In this document: piece by piece, positions 1 to 7,330 of the stretch
Layout: every line of letters begins with the position of its first letter
Numbering within the stretch: the stretch's first letter is position 1
Origin: a virus
Taxonomy: Duplodnaviria > Caudoviricetes
Length of the DNA: 29,862 bases
Virus record (IMG/VR): IMGVR_UViG_3300044535_000273
Location: 1-29,862 of that record
Strand: one strand, 5' to 3'
Program-made: the position numbers and the translations under genes
Notes under the pieces: model-generated
Seen by the model: only the letters and a program-made list of their open reading frames with translations
Told to the model about the DNA's origin: nothing
Database searches by the model: none

Positions 1-1
1 A

Positions 2-2065
2 TCGACCAACTGGATTTTGACTCGCTCCAGTGATGCGGACACCTACGTCATCAACAGTGCTGCAGGCTTGAGCGAAGGCTCTACTGTTTTTGTGCAGCAA
101 GGCGCAACAGGCTCAGGCGAGACCTACACCTGCAACACGACTGGCGTCATCACGTTTGGCACAACCAACATCACGTTTGCCCAGATCAGCTCGGCGCAGA
201 TTTACAGCGCAGGCACAGGCCTGACTCTTTCCGGCACACAATTCAGCATCACCAATACGGGCACTGCAGGAACGTACGGCTCAGCATCTTCTGTCCCGGT
301 GATCACCACGAACGCACAGGGTCAAGTCACAGGCGTAACACCTACGGCCATCACTATCACAGGCGCAGCGGTCTCGGGCAACATCTCTGGCTCTGCTGGC
401 TCGGTGGCCAACGCCCTGACGGCGGGCACGTTCCTGACTTCTGGCGGCACGTTTGATGGCTCCGCAGCTCGCACCTTTGCCGTGGATGCCACTGACGCCA
501 ACACTGCTTCCAAGGTCGTGGCACGGGATGCCTCGGGCAACTTCAGCGCAGGGACCATCACGGCCACACTTAGCGGTGCAGCAACGAGCGCAACCACAGC
601 GACCAACCTTGCGGGCGGCGCGGCCAACCGGATCGCATACCAGACCAGCGCGGGTATCTCAAATTTCATTACCGCCCCAACAGCCTCCAACCAAGTCCTG
701 AACTGGAACGGCTCAGCGTTTACATGGAGTGCTGGCACGATTTCGGGGGTGGCTTTGGGCAGCAACCTGAACACCTTGACGTTCGGCACCTACCTGACCG
801 GCACGAGCTACAACGGCTCCAGCGCAGTCACGATTGCCACAAACGCAACAAACGCAAACACTGCCTCGACCCTTGTGGCACGCGACGCCTCCGGCAATTT
901 CAGTGCAGGAACCATCACCGCCAGCTTGAGTGGCAACGCCACAACGGCCACCACGGCATCGAACGTGAACAACGGCACCCTGACAATGAACGTGTCGGGC
1001 ACTGGCCTGTCGGGTTCGCAAACATTCACCGCCAACCAGTCAGGCAACGCGACATTCACCGTCACGTCGAACGCGACATCCACAGCAGGGGCAGCCAACA
1101 CAATCGTGGCTCGGGACGGTAACGGGTACATCTTCAACAATTACTTCAACTCCACAGACAACTCGGTGGCTTCTGGCGTCACTGCTGTGATGGTGAAGGC
1201 AGGGGACAGCTACCTGCGTTCCGGCACTGCTGCGTCAATTGCCACGTTCATCAGTGGCCAGACGATGAACATTGCTGGCTCGGCCACAACCCTAGCCAGT
1301 GGCCAAAGCAACTGGAGCGGCACCGGAGTTCTTGGTAACGTGGTTGGGATGCTGGCGTGGAAAAACTACGCCAACGGGCACGTCATTTTTGACGCATCCA
1401 ACAGCACATCCCCAAGCGGCGGAGCGGTAAACAACACTAACGCAGCAGTTGCATGGTCATCTACATACCCAACACTGATGGGGTGGAACGGCTCCTCAAC
1501 CTACGGGGTGCGTGTTGACTCCGCTCGACTGGCGGACAACGCAACAACAGCCGGTGGTTTGGCGGTTGCCACTGGAACCAACAACGTAGCCAACCAGATC
1601 GTCCGCACTGATGGTAACGGGTACGCAAACTTTGGCTGGATCAACACAATTTCCGGCGACAACTCTAGGACGGCGCTTGGCAGAATCTATGCATCACAAG
1701 ATGCGTACCTGCGCTACTACACCCCGGCAAACTTCAACGTCGTGCTCAATCGCGCTGTGTTTAACCGGGAGTCCAACGGCGGCACAATGGTGGCGGGTAA
1801 CATCTACTCCATCTACACGGGCGGCGGCGCAATCACAATGTATGTTCCGACGGGGGCAAACACAGCACAGGGCGATGTGATTGTCATCAACAACCTGCTG
1901 CTGACGTGGGCAAGCGCCGCCTTCACTGTTGGCATAAACACCAACGCTCGGATCATGAATTTAAACGAGAGCATGACCTGCAACATCAACGTGGGCTCGA
2001 TTGTTCTTATGTGTGCGTATCATGACGGCACAACTGCTTATTGGAACGTCGCCCCGGGCGGTTAA
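2..2065 (+). CDS. Tail fibre protein, 5'-truncated by the window edge
   Basis: The frame is open from nt 2 (STNWILTRSSDADT, a W-x-x-x-R-x-x-DAD motif typical of phage fibre proteins), so the TTG at 17 is unlikely to be the start. The protein is Thr/Ser/Gly/Asn/Ala-rich, has repeated VARDxxG units and ends in a ~90-aa beta module. Confidence 0.8.
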   Translation, partial: STNWILTRSSDADTYVINSAAGLSEGSTVFVQQGATGSGETYTCNTTGVITFGTTNITFAQISSAQIYSAGTGLTLSGTQFSITNTGTAGTYGSASSVPVITTNAQGQVTGVTPTAITITGAAVSGNISGSAGSVANALTAGTFLTSGGTFDGSAARTFAVDATDANTASKVVARDASGNFSAGTITATLSGAATSATTATNLAGGAANRIAYQTSAGISNFITAPTASNQVLNWNGSAFTWSAGTISGVALGSNLNTLTFGTYLTGTSYNGSSAVTIATNATNANTASTLVARDASGNFSAGTITASLSGNATTATTASNVNNGTLTMNVSGTGLSGSQTFTANQSGNATFTVTSNATSTAGAANTIVARDGNGYIFNNYFNSTDNSVASGVTAVMVKAGDSYLRSGTAASIATFISGQTMNIAGSATTLASGQSNWSGTGVLGNVVGMLAWKNYANGHVIFDASNSTSPSGGAVNNTNAAVAWSSTYPTLMGWNGSSTYGVRVDSARLADNATTAGGLAVATGTNNVANQIVRTDGNGYANFGWINTISGDNSRTALGRIYASQDAYLRYYTPANFNVVLNRAVFNRESNGGTMVAGNIYSIYTGGGAITMYVPTGANTAQGDVIVINNLLLTWASAAFTVGINTNARIMNLNESMTCNINVGSIVLMCAYHDGTTAYWNVAPGG
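488..960 (+). repeat. Intragenic repeat unit of the tail fibre, AT(D/N)ANTAS-x-x-VARDASGNFSAGTITA-x-LSG
   Basis: Two near-identical peptide copies at about 488-600 and 845-960. Degenerate copies ANTIVARDGNG (about 1095-1127) and ANQIVRTDGNG (about 1589-1621). Confidence 0.85.
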
Positions 2066-2074
2066 AGGAAAAAT

Positions 2075-3196
2075 ATGTCAAGCACCTTCTCCAACCTCAA
2101 GTTTGAGCTGATCGGCAACGGTGAGCAATCAGGCACTTGGGGCACCACGACCAACGCCAACATTGGAACCGCCATCGAGCAGGCCATTGTGGGCATGGCC
2201 ACTCTGGACTCCGGCGACTTCACAGCCAACGTCTGCACACTGACGCTGATCAACCTTAGCCCCCCTGTTGCTCAAGATGCTCGGGCTCTGTGTTTAAACA
2301 TTGCCTCCGGCGCGGTGTCTGCTGCGGGCACGATCAACGTCCCAGCCATCCAAAAGCCCTACATCATCATCAACGGCTCCAGCTTCACGGTCACCGTGAA
2401 GGTCTCCGGCCAGACCGGCGTGGCAGTCCCCGCAGGCACGCGCACGGTGGTGTACAACAACGGCACGGACGTTGGCGCTCAGGTCAGTTGGCTGAACTCT
2501 CTGACCTTGAGCACAGCCCTTCCTGTTGCCTCTGGCGGCTCTGGTGGAACAACTGCATCAGCGGCCCGGACCAACTTCGGCGCAACAACGCTGGGCGGCA
2601 ACCTCTTCACGATCACCAACCCGAGCGCAGTGACGTTTCCCCGCTTCAATGCGGATAACACTGTTTCCGCCCTTGACGCTGCAGCTTTCCGAACAGCCAT
2701 CGGCGCAGGCACAGGCGGAGGATCGGTTTCTTCGGTCGGCGGCACAGGCACGGTCAACGGCATCACCTTGACTGGAACAGTGACGAGCACAGGCAACCTG
2801 ACCCTTGGCGGCACGCTGTCTGGGGTGAATCTGGCTTCGCAAGTAACCGGCACTCTCCCGGTGGCCAACGGCGGAACAGGGCAAACCACACTGACCGGCC
2901 TCCCACTGCCCCAGCCCGTCATCACACAAAACGTGCAGGTGATCGGCACCAACACCACAGCGGTGGCTTCGCGCATCTATGTGCTCACGGCCTCTTTGAC
3001 GTTGGACCTACCTGCCTCCCCCACGGCGGGAAACACGGTAGCTGTGAGCAACATGTCGGGAGCCGTTACTGCGGTCATCGGGCGCAACAGCCAGCCCATC
3101 ATGGCATTGGCCGAAGACCTGACGGTGGACCTTGACGGCGCTGGCTTCACGCTGGTCTACGCTGACGCAACTCGCGGGTGGGTGCTGCTGCCATGA
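2075..3196 (+). CDS. Tail fibre / tail-associated virion protein
   Basis: AAGGA RBS. The N-terminus L-x-F-ELIGNGEQSGTWGTTTN is common in podovirus-like fibre proteins. It contains LPVAxGG(T/S)G fibre repeats and a C-terminal LPASP...GW beta module. Confidence 0.8.
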   Translation: MSSTFSNLKFELIGNGEQSGTWGTTTNANIGTAIEQAIVGMATLDSGDFTANVCTLTLINLSPPVAQDARALCLNIASGAVSAAGTINVPAIQKPYIIINGSSFTVTVKVSGQTGVAVPAGTRTVVYNNGTDVGAQVSWLNSLTLSTALPVASGGSGGTTASAARTNFGATTLGGNLFTITNPSAVTFPRFNADNTVSALDAAAFRTAIGAGTGGGSVSSVGGTGTVNGITLTGTVTSTGNLTLGGTLSGVNLASQVTGTLPVANGGTGQTTLTGLPLPQPVITQNVQVIGTNTTAVASRIYVLTASLTLDLPASPTAGNTVAVSNMSGAVTAVIGRNSQPIMALAEDLTVDLDGAGFTLVYADATRGWVLLP

Positions 3197-3657
3197 GCGC
3201 CATCATTCTCGACTTAAACACGCCGGACCCAGATGCTCCGATCACCGTGGAGCAGACGCTGCGCAATGCCTCGTCTTTCCAGCCATGGCTTCTGTTTCGA
3301 GACGAGTCCAAGTTTCACATCAGTTCTGGTGACGAGTACGCCTACGAATACGTGGAGCACGAGCGCAGCTACTACGTGGACACAAACATGCAAAAAGGCA
3401 TGCTGGTGCTTCCGCCCAACCCACGAGACGGCTTCAAGCTGATTGTCAGTGACTATTTCGGGAGTTGGATTTATCATCCATTGATCATTCACCGCAATGG
3501 AAAAATGATCATGGGGCTTGAGGAGCACATGACCTGTGATGTGCCAAGTATGATCTTTGCGCTGGTCTACACAAATACCTCGGCTGGCTGGGTTGTCAGT
3601 CAGAATCTTTCCACATCTGAATTGGCTAACAAGGTCAAGAAAGGACCCTTCCAATGA
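3193..3657 (+). CDS. Small tail-associated protein carrying a stand-alone copy of the fibre C-terminal module
   Basis: The start was moved to ATG 3193 because it forms an ATGA overlap with the upstream stop. YYVDT...LPPNPRDG...D.FGSW...L.IHRNGK.IMG...LVY...GW matches the modules ending the two upstream genes. GC is visibly lower than in neighbouring genes. Confidence 0.7.
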   Translation: MSAIILDLNTPDPDAPITVEQTLRNASSFQPWLLFRDESKFHISSGDEYAYEYVEHERSYYVDTNMQKGMLVLPPNPRDGFKLIVSDYFGSWIYHPLIIHRNGKMIMGLEEHMTCDVPSMIFALVYTNTSAGWVVSQNLSTSELANKVKKGPFQ

Positions 3658-4427
3658 GCAATCTCTCTCAATTTGCACCCTTTGCTGGCGGTGGCGGCGG
3701 CAAGCTGCGCTACCAAGAGTTCACAGGCTCCGGCACGTTCACGCCCTCTGCCACGCTTGTCTCCAACGGTGGGCAGCTTTGGGCTATGGTCGCTGCCGGT
3801 GGCGGCGGTGGCGGTGGCGCGAACCTTAGCGCTCCTTGTGGTGGCGGCGGTGGTGGTGGTTTGGTTATTAAGCCAGTAACCGCAACAGTTGCGCAGACGG
3901 TAACTATTGGAGGTGGCGCTAGTGGCAGTGGCGCGGGCACAGGAGGCACAGGAGGAACCAGCTCGTTTGGAGCATTTTCTGTTGCTGGCGGCGGCGGCGG
4001 CGGCGGGTACGACAACTCCACGCCATGGACAGCACCCACAAGCGGCGGCTGCGGCGGCGGCTCATCCTCCAATGGGGGTAGCTATGCAGGTGGTGGCGGC
4101 GGGATGGGCCAGAGCGCAGTGGGTTTTGGTGGCCGGGGCACTATAGGTGGTTCTGGAGGGGGTACTGGAGGGGGGAATGACGGAAACTATTCAATCTCAG
4201 GTGGCGGGGTTGGCATTTATGGTTTTTGTGGTGGCGGTGCTGGCGCTGGATCAGCCGGTGCAACAAACTATGGTGGCGGTGGCGCATCAGGTGGCGGAAC
4301 CAATAACCGGGCCGCAGCAGGCGGCGCGGCCACCGCAAACACTGGTGGTGGCGGTGGCGGAGCTGGTTCCGCTAGTTCGGGCGGTGCTGGCGGTTCCGGC
4401 TTTGTCCGTGTCTGGTGGTTTGAATAA
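3654..4427 (+). CDS. Glycine-rich domain tail protein (putative receptor-binding)
   Basis: FTGSGTFTP...AGGGGGG...VTIGGG...GGTSSFG...GGAGGSGFVRVWW is the standard phage glycine-rich domain architecture. ATGA overlap with the upstream gene. Confidence 0.85.
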   Translation: MSNLSQFAPFAGGGGGKLRYQEFTGSGTFTPSATLVSNGGQLWAMVAAGGGGGGGANLSAPCGGGGGGGLVIKPVTATVAQTVTIGGGASGSGAGTGGTGGTSSFGAFSVAGGGGGGGYDNSTPWTAPTSGGCGGGSSSNGGSYAGGGGGMGQSAVGFGGRGTIGGSGGGTGGGNDGNYSISGGGVGIYGFCGGGAGAGSAGATNYGGGGASGGGTNNRAAAGGAATANTGGGGGGAGSASSGGAGGSGFVRVWWFE

Positions 4428-4436
4428 GGAATGAAC

Positions 4437-4970
4437 ATGCAATACGCACTTATCAAAAATAATCTTGTTGAGAACATTGCCGAGGCCGATCAGGCTTGGG
4501 CCGATTCGGTTGCTTCCGACTGGCAGGCCGTGGTCAACATCACCAGCATGAATCCGCAGCCGGGTATTGGCTGGAGCTACAGCGGCGGGGCCTTTACAGC
4601 TCCCGTGGTTCCACCCGCCCCACCTGCGCCAGACACATGGGTCATCACGCGCAACGCATTCCAGAACCGTTTCCCGATCACGGCCAACGGCGTGAGCACC
4701 AAGTACGACCTGATGACGCTGTTCTTGACTGATACAGCATACGCTGAGTCGCTGGGCGTGACTGGCTCCGCAATCTTTGATCTGCGCTCCATCATCATCA
4801 CAGGCAACAACCGTCTTGGTGTGGTCACAGAGGTGAACCTTCAGTCGCAAGAGACCATCAACTACGTGAACATGACGACCAACGCCCTGTTCCCCGAGGT
4901 GTTCCGCTTGACGACAGCCGAGGCCAGCGCAATCCTGACCACGCCCGCAGCAGCCAACGAAACCCCGTAA
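4437..4970 (+). CDS. Putative tail fibre assembly/accessory protein
   Basis: YALIKNNLVENI...PGIGWSYSGGAFTAP is typical of genes following glycine-rich tail proteins. The spacing of AAGGA (4426-4430) favours ATG 4437 over 4431. Confidence 0.65.
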   Translation: MQYALIKNNLVENIAEADQAWADSVASDWQAVVNITSMNPQPGIGWSYSGGAFTAPVVPPAPPAPDTWVITRNAFQNRFPITANGVSTKYDLMTLFLTDTAYAESLGVTGSAIFDLRSIIITGNNRLGVVTEVNLQSQETINYVNMTTNALFPEVFRLTTAEASAILTTPAAANETP

Positions 4971-4979
4971 GGAGCCAAA

Positions 4980-5582
4980 ATGAAACTGCTTGCTCTTGCC
5001 GTCTGTTCCGTGGCCCTGACCGGCTGCGCAACCAGCTCTGAATACGCTGCCTATGCCGACGCCCACAAAGCGCAAGCAGCAGCCCAAACTGCCCGTTACC
5101 AAGCGCTGGCTGACATTGCCAAGCAAGGCGACACCACAGCCAAAGTCGCTGCAGTTATGTCCCTGCAGATGGGTGGCGGTCAGCAGAACGCTCAGATCAA
5201 CGCGCCCAAGTCGTGGGCTGATTACGCCATGCAGTGGACCGGCCTGCTGCTGCCAACGCTTGGGCAGGTGTACACCGTGAACAAACAGACCAGCTTGGGT
5301 ATGCGTCAGTCTGACAATGCAACAGCTCTGGGTGTCAGCACCAATGCAGCGTTTGTGGGCATCGCCTCGCAGATTCAAGCGCCAGCGGCCAACGTGACAA
5401 CCATCGGCGGCAACGGCGTGATCGGTGCAGGTACTTACTCGATTGGAGCAAACAGTGGTCAAAACTCTGGCAACAGTGGTCGCTTGGCTGGTGGTGGTAT
5501 TACTGACAATACGGCTGTACCAACTGTGGTGACCAGCACCAACACCACAACGACCAGCACGGTCACCCCTGCAGCGCCATGA
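4980..5582 (+). CDS. Lipoprotein of unknown function (spanin-like or exclusion candidate)
   Basis: AAGGAG RBS. Signal peptide MKLLALAVCSVA followed by lipobox LTGC (Cys16). Ala at +2 is consistent with outer-membrane sorting. Ala/Gln helical region followed by a Gly/Asn/Thr-rich tail. Confidence 0.75.
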   Translation: MKLLALAVCSVALTGCATSSEYAAYADAHKAQAAAQTARYQALADIAKQGDTTAKVAAVMSLQMGGGQQNAQINAPKSWADYAMQWTGLLLPTLGQVYTVNKQTSLGMRQSDNATALGVSTNAAFVGIASQIQAPAANVTTIGGNGVIGAGTYSIGANSGQNSGNSGRLAGGGITDNTAVPTVVTSTNTTTTSTVTPAAP

Positions 5583-5686
5583 AAGATTGGGCTGTAGCAT
5601 TCGTTGCCGCAGCCCTTCTTGTTGGGCTGGCGGTGTGGTGCGCCAAAGTGTTGATCTGGAGTTTGAATGGCGGATTCTGGCGATAA
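5579..5686 (+). CDS. 35-aa single-pass membrane peptide (not in ORF track)
   Basis: Manual translation: MKDWAVAFVAAALLVGLAVWCAKVLIWSLNGGFWR. It has an ATGA overlap with the lipoprotein stop and fills the gap to the next gene. Confidence 0.7.
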   Translation: MKDWAVAFVAAALLVGLAVWCAKVLIWSLNGGFWR

Positions 5687-6284
5687 AGCCCTCGGCGTGC
5701 TGGACAAGGTGCTGGCCTATGTCGATTCACCCTTTAAGCTGGTCGCCATCCTCGTCATGGGTCTGGTTGCGTTTGCCGGGTACTTTGTCTGGCAGAACCA
5801 GACGGTGCTGATTGGTGCATACCAAGAGAACAAGAAGATGCCCGTGATCCACGAAGATCGGGTTGACGATGCGGCAAGTGTTTTGTTCAAACAGACCGAC
5901 GCCAAGTTTGTTGCCATCTTCAAGGTCAACCCAATTTTTGGCACACGGGTCTTGTACCGCCTGTACACCAAGGACGGGCGCAGTAAGGAGATGGAAGGTT
6001 TGGATGTTGGCCTGTTCACAACGAACGTAGCAAACAACAACGACGTGGTGAAGTTGATGGCGGGTGAGACGCCGTGCAGTCCATATCTGAGGGCGCAGTC
6101 GGAGTTGGGCATTTGGTATATTGCGCAGGGCGTTTCGTTCACCTGCCGTATCAGCATACCGCCAGATCGCAGCAGGTTCATTGGGCAGATTACGGCTGGC
6201 TGGGTAGAGCAGCCGCAGAACATGGAGCACGTCCACTCCATGCTGGACATTGCAGCAAACATGCTTGTTAAAAGGGGTCATTGA
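5667..6284 (+). CDS. T4 T-like (class III) holin: one TM segment plus a periplasmic GAF-like domain
   Basis: GGAG RBS. Amphipathic N-terminus, a TM segment at about aa 23-42 and a ~160-aa soluble domain with two Cys. Motifs GVLDKVL, DAKFVAIFKVNP, GQITAGW and AANML are colinear with T4 T motifs as I recall them (GVLDRLF, EADFSAVYSFRP, GTITMYW, AARIL). It lies in the lysis block. Confidence 0.65.
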   Translation: MADSGDKALGVLDKVLAYVDSPFKLVAILVMGLVAFAGYFVWQNQTVLIGAYQENKKMPVIHEDRVDDAASVLFKQTDAKFVAIFKVNPIFGTRVLYRLYTKDGRSKEMEGLDVGLFTTNVANNNDVVKLMAGETPCSPYLRAQSELGIWYIAQGVSFTCRISIPPDRSRFIGQITAGWVEQPQNMEHVHSMLDIAANMLVKRGH

Positions 6285-6787
6285 TGCTTTCACTGTTTTC
6301 AACTCTTGGGGGTCTGCTGATCTCCGGTCTCCCGAAACTGCTGGAGTACTTCCAGAACAAGGCTGACCAAGCGCACGAGCTGAAGCTGGCCGCGCTGCAA
6401 AACGAACGTGAGCTGGCTATGGCTGCGCAGGGGTTTGCCGCCCAACTGAAGATCGAAGAGGTCCGCACCGATCAGGTCCAGATGGAGACTGACGCCCGGA
6501 TGACCGAGGCGGCTCTTGAGCATGACGCCAAGGTGCTTGAGAAGGCCTCCACATGGGTTTCCAACTACGTGGGCACTGTTCGCCCCACGGTGACCTACAT
6601 CTTCGTGCTGGAGCTGGTTTTGATCAACGCCTTCATGGCTTGGTATCTGTGGAACCACCCCGGCCTAATCACCAACATTGATGACGTCATCAAGTACGCC
6701 GACCTGATCTTCAGCGCTGACGAAATGGCAATGCTGGGCGGCATCATCGGTTTCTGGTTCGGCTCTCGCGGCTGGAGCAAAAAGTGA
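6284..6787 (+). CDS. Holin of the 3TM gene-transfer-release type
   Basis: ATG 6284 (TGATG overlap). Hydrophobic N-terminus, a coiled coil, W...VRP-x-VTY followed by a TM segment, and C-terminal IIGFWFGSR. It lies directly upstream of the endolysin. Confidence 0.75.
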   Translation: MLSLFSTLGGLLISGLPKLLEYFQNKADQAHELKLAALQNERELAMAAQGFAAQLKIEEVRTDQVQMETDARMTEAALEHDAKVLEKASTWVSNYVGTVRPTVTYIFVLELVLINAFMAWYLWNHPGLITNIDDVIKYADLIFSADEMAMLGGIIGFWFGSRGWSKK

Positions 6788-7299
6788 AACTGAGCAGGGC
6801 AGGCGAAGACCTGATGCACCGGTACGAGGGCAAGCGCTCTCGGCCCTACCTTTGCCCAGCGCACATCTGGACGATTGGCTACGGCCACGTCCTGTACCAA
6901 GAGCAGATCAGGCTTCCCATGGTCCGGCCACCGGGCAAGACCAAAGAGGACATCCCCATGATCCGTAGTGAGTTCCCACTGAAACCGGAGGACAACCGTG
7001 TCTGGACAAAAGAAGAGATTGACGAACTATTCCGAGTTGATGTCGGAAATTTTGAACGGGGTGTTCTTCGTCTTGTTCCCAGCGTGGTTGGGCGTCAAGG
7101 CAGCTTTGACGCTCTGGTCTCTATATCCTTCAATTTCGGGCTAGGAAACCTGCAGCGCAGCACCATCCGCATGAAAGCAAACCGAGGTGACTGGGATGGC
7201 GCAGCCGATGCGTTCCGGGCTTGGACCAAGGGTGGCGGCAAGGTTCTCCCCGGGCTGGTCAAGCGCCGAGAAGCCGAGATTGCGCTGTTCCTGAGTTAA
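6784..7299 (+). CDS. Endolysin, GH24 phage lysozyme
   Basis: GTG start in a GTGA overlap. E15-x8-C24-x5-T30 triad (YEG...YLCPAHIWTIGYGH), FDALVS-x-x-FNFG and W-x-K-x-GGKVLPGLVKRREAE. Confidence 0.95.
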   Translation: MKLSRAGEDLMHRYEGKRSRPYLCPAHIWTIGYGHVLYQEQIRLPMVRPPGKTKEDIPMIRSEFPLKPEDNRVWTKEEIDELFRVDVGNFERGVLRLVPSVVGRQGSFDALVSISFNFGLGNLQRSTIRMKANRGDWDGAADAFRAWTKGGGKVLPGLVKRREAEIALFLS

Positions 7300-7330
7300 G
7301 TGCGAAAATGCCACAAAGCTGAGGTAAACG

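Noticed and set aside
3790-4400. GGC/GGT microsatellite-like runs
   Set aside because: They are explained by poly-Gly coding in the glycine-rich domain.
1-4970. Possible diversity-generating retroelement acting on the tail genes
   Set aside because: There is no reverse transcriptase in the window and no near-identical TR/VR pair differing at adenines. The C-terminal modules are similar only at the protein level.
4287-5600. 437-aa minus-strand ORF and many other long antisense ORFs (e.g. 14676-15560, 19358-20173, 21440-22240)
   Set aside because: They are shadows of GC-biased + strand genes, with no RBS or recognisable motifs, and they fully overlap well-supported CDSs.
7300-7330. Possible promoter or terminator in the 31-nt gap after the lysozyme
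   Set aside because: No hairpin with a U-tract and no convincing -35/-10 pair. Only an RBS is supportable.
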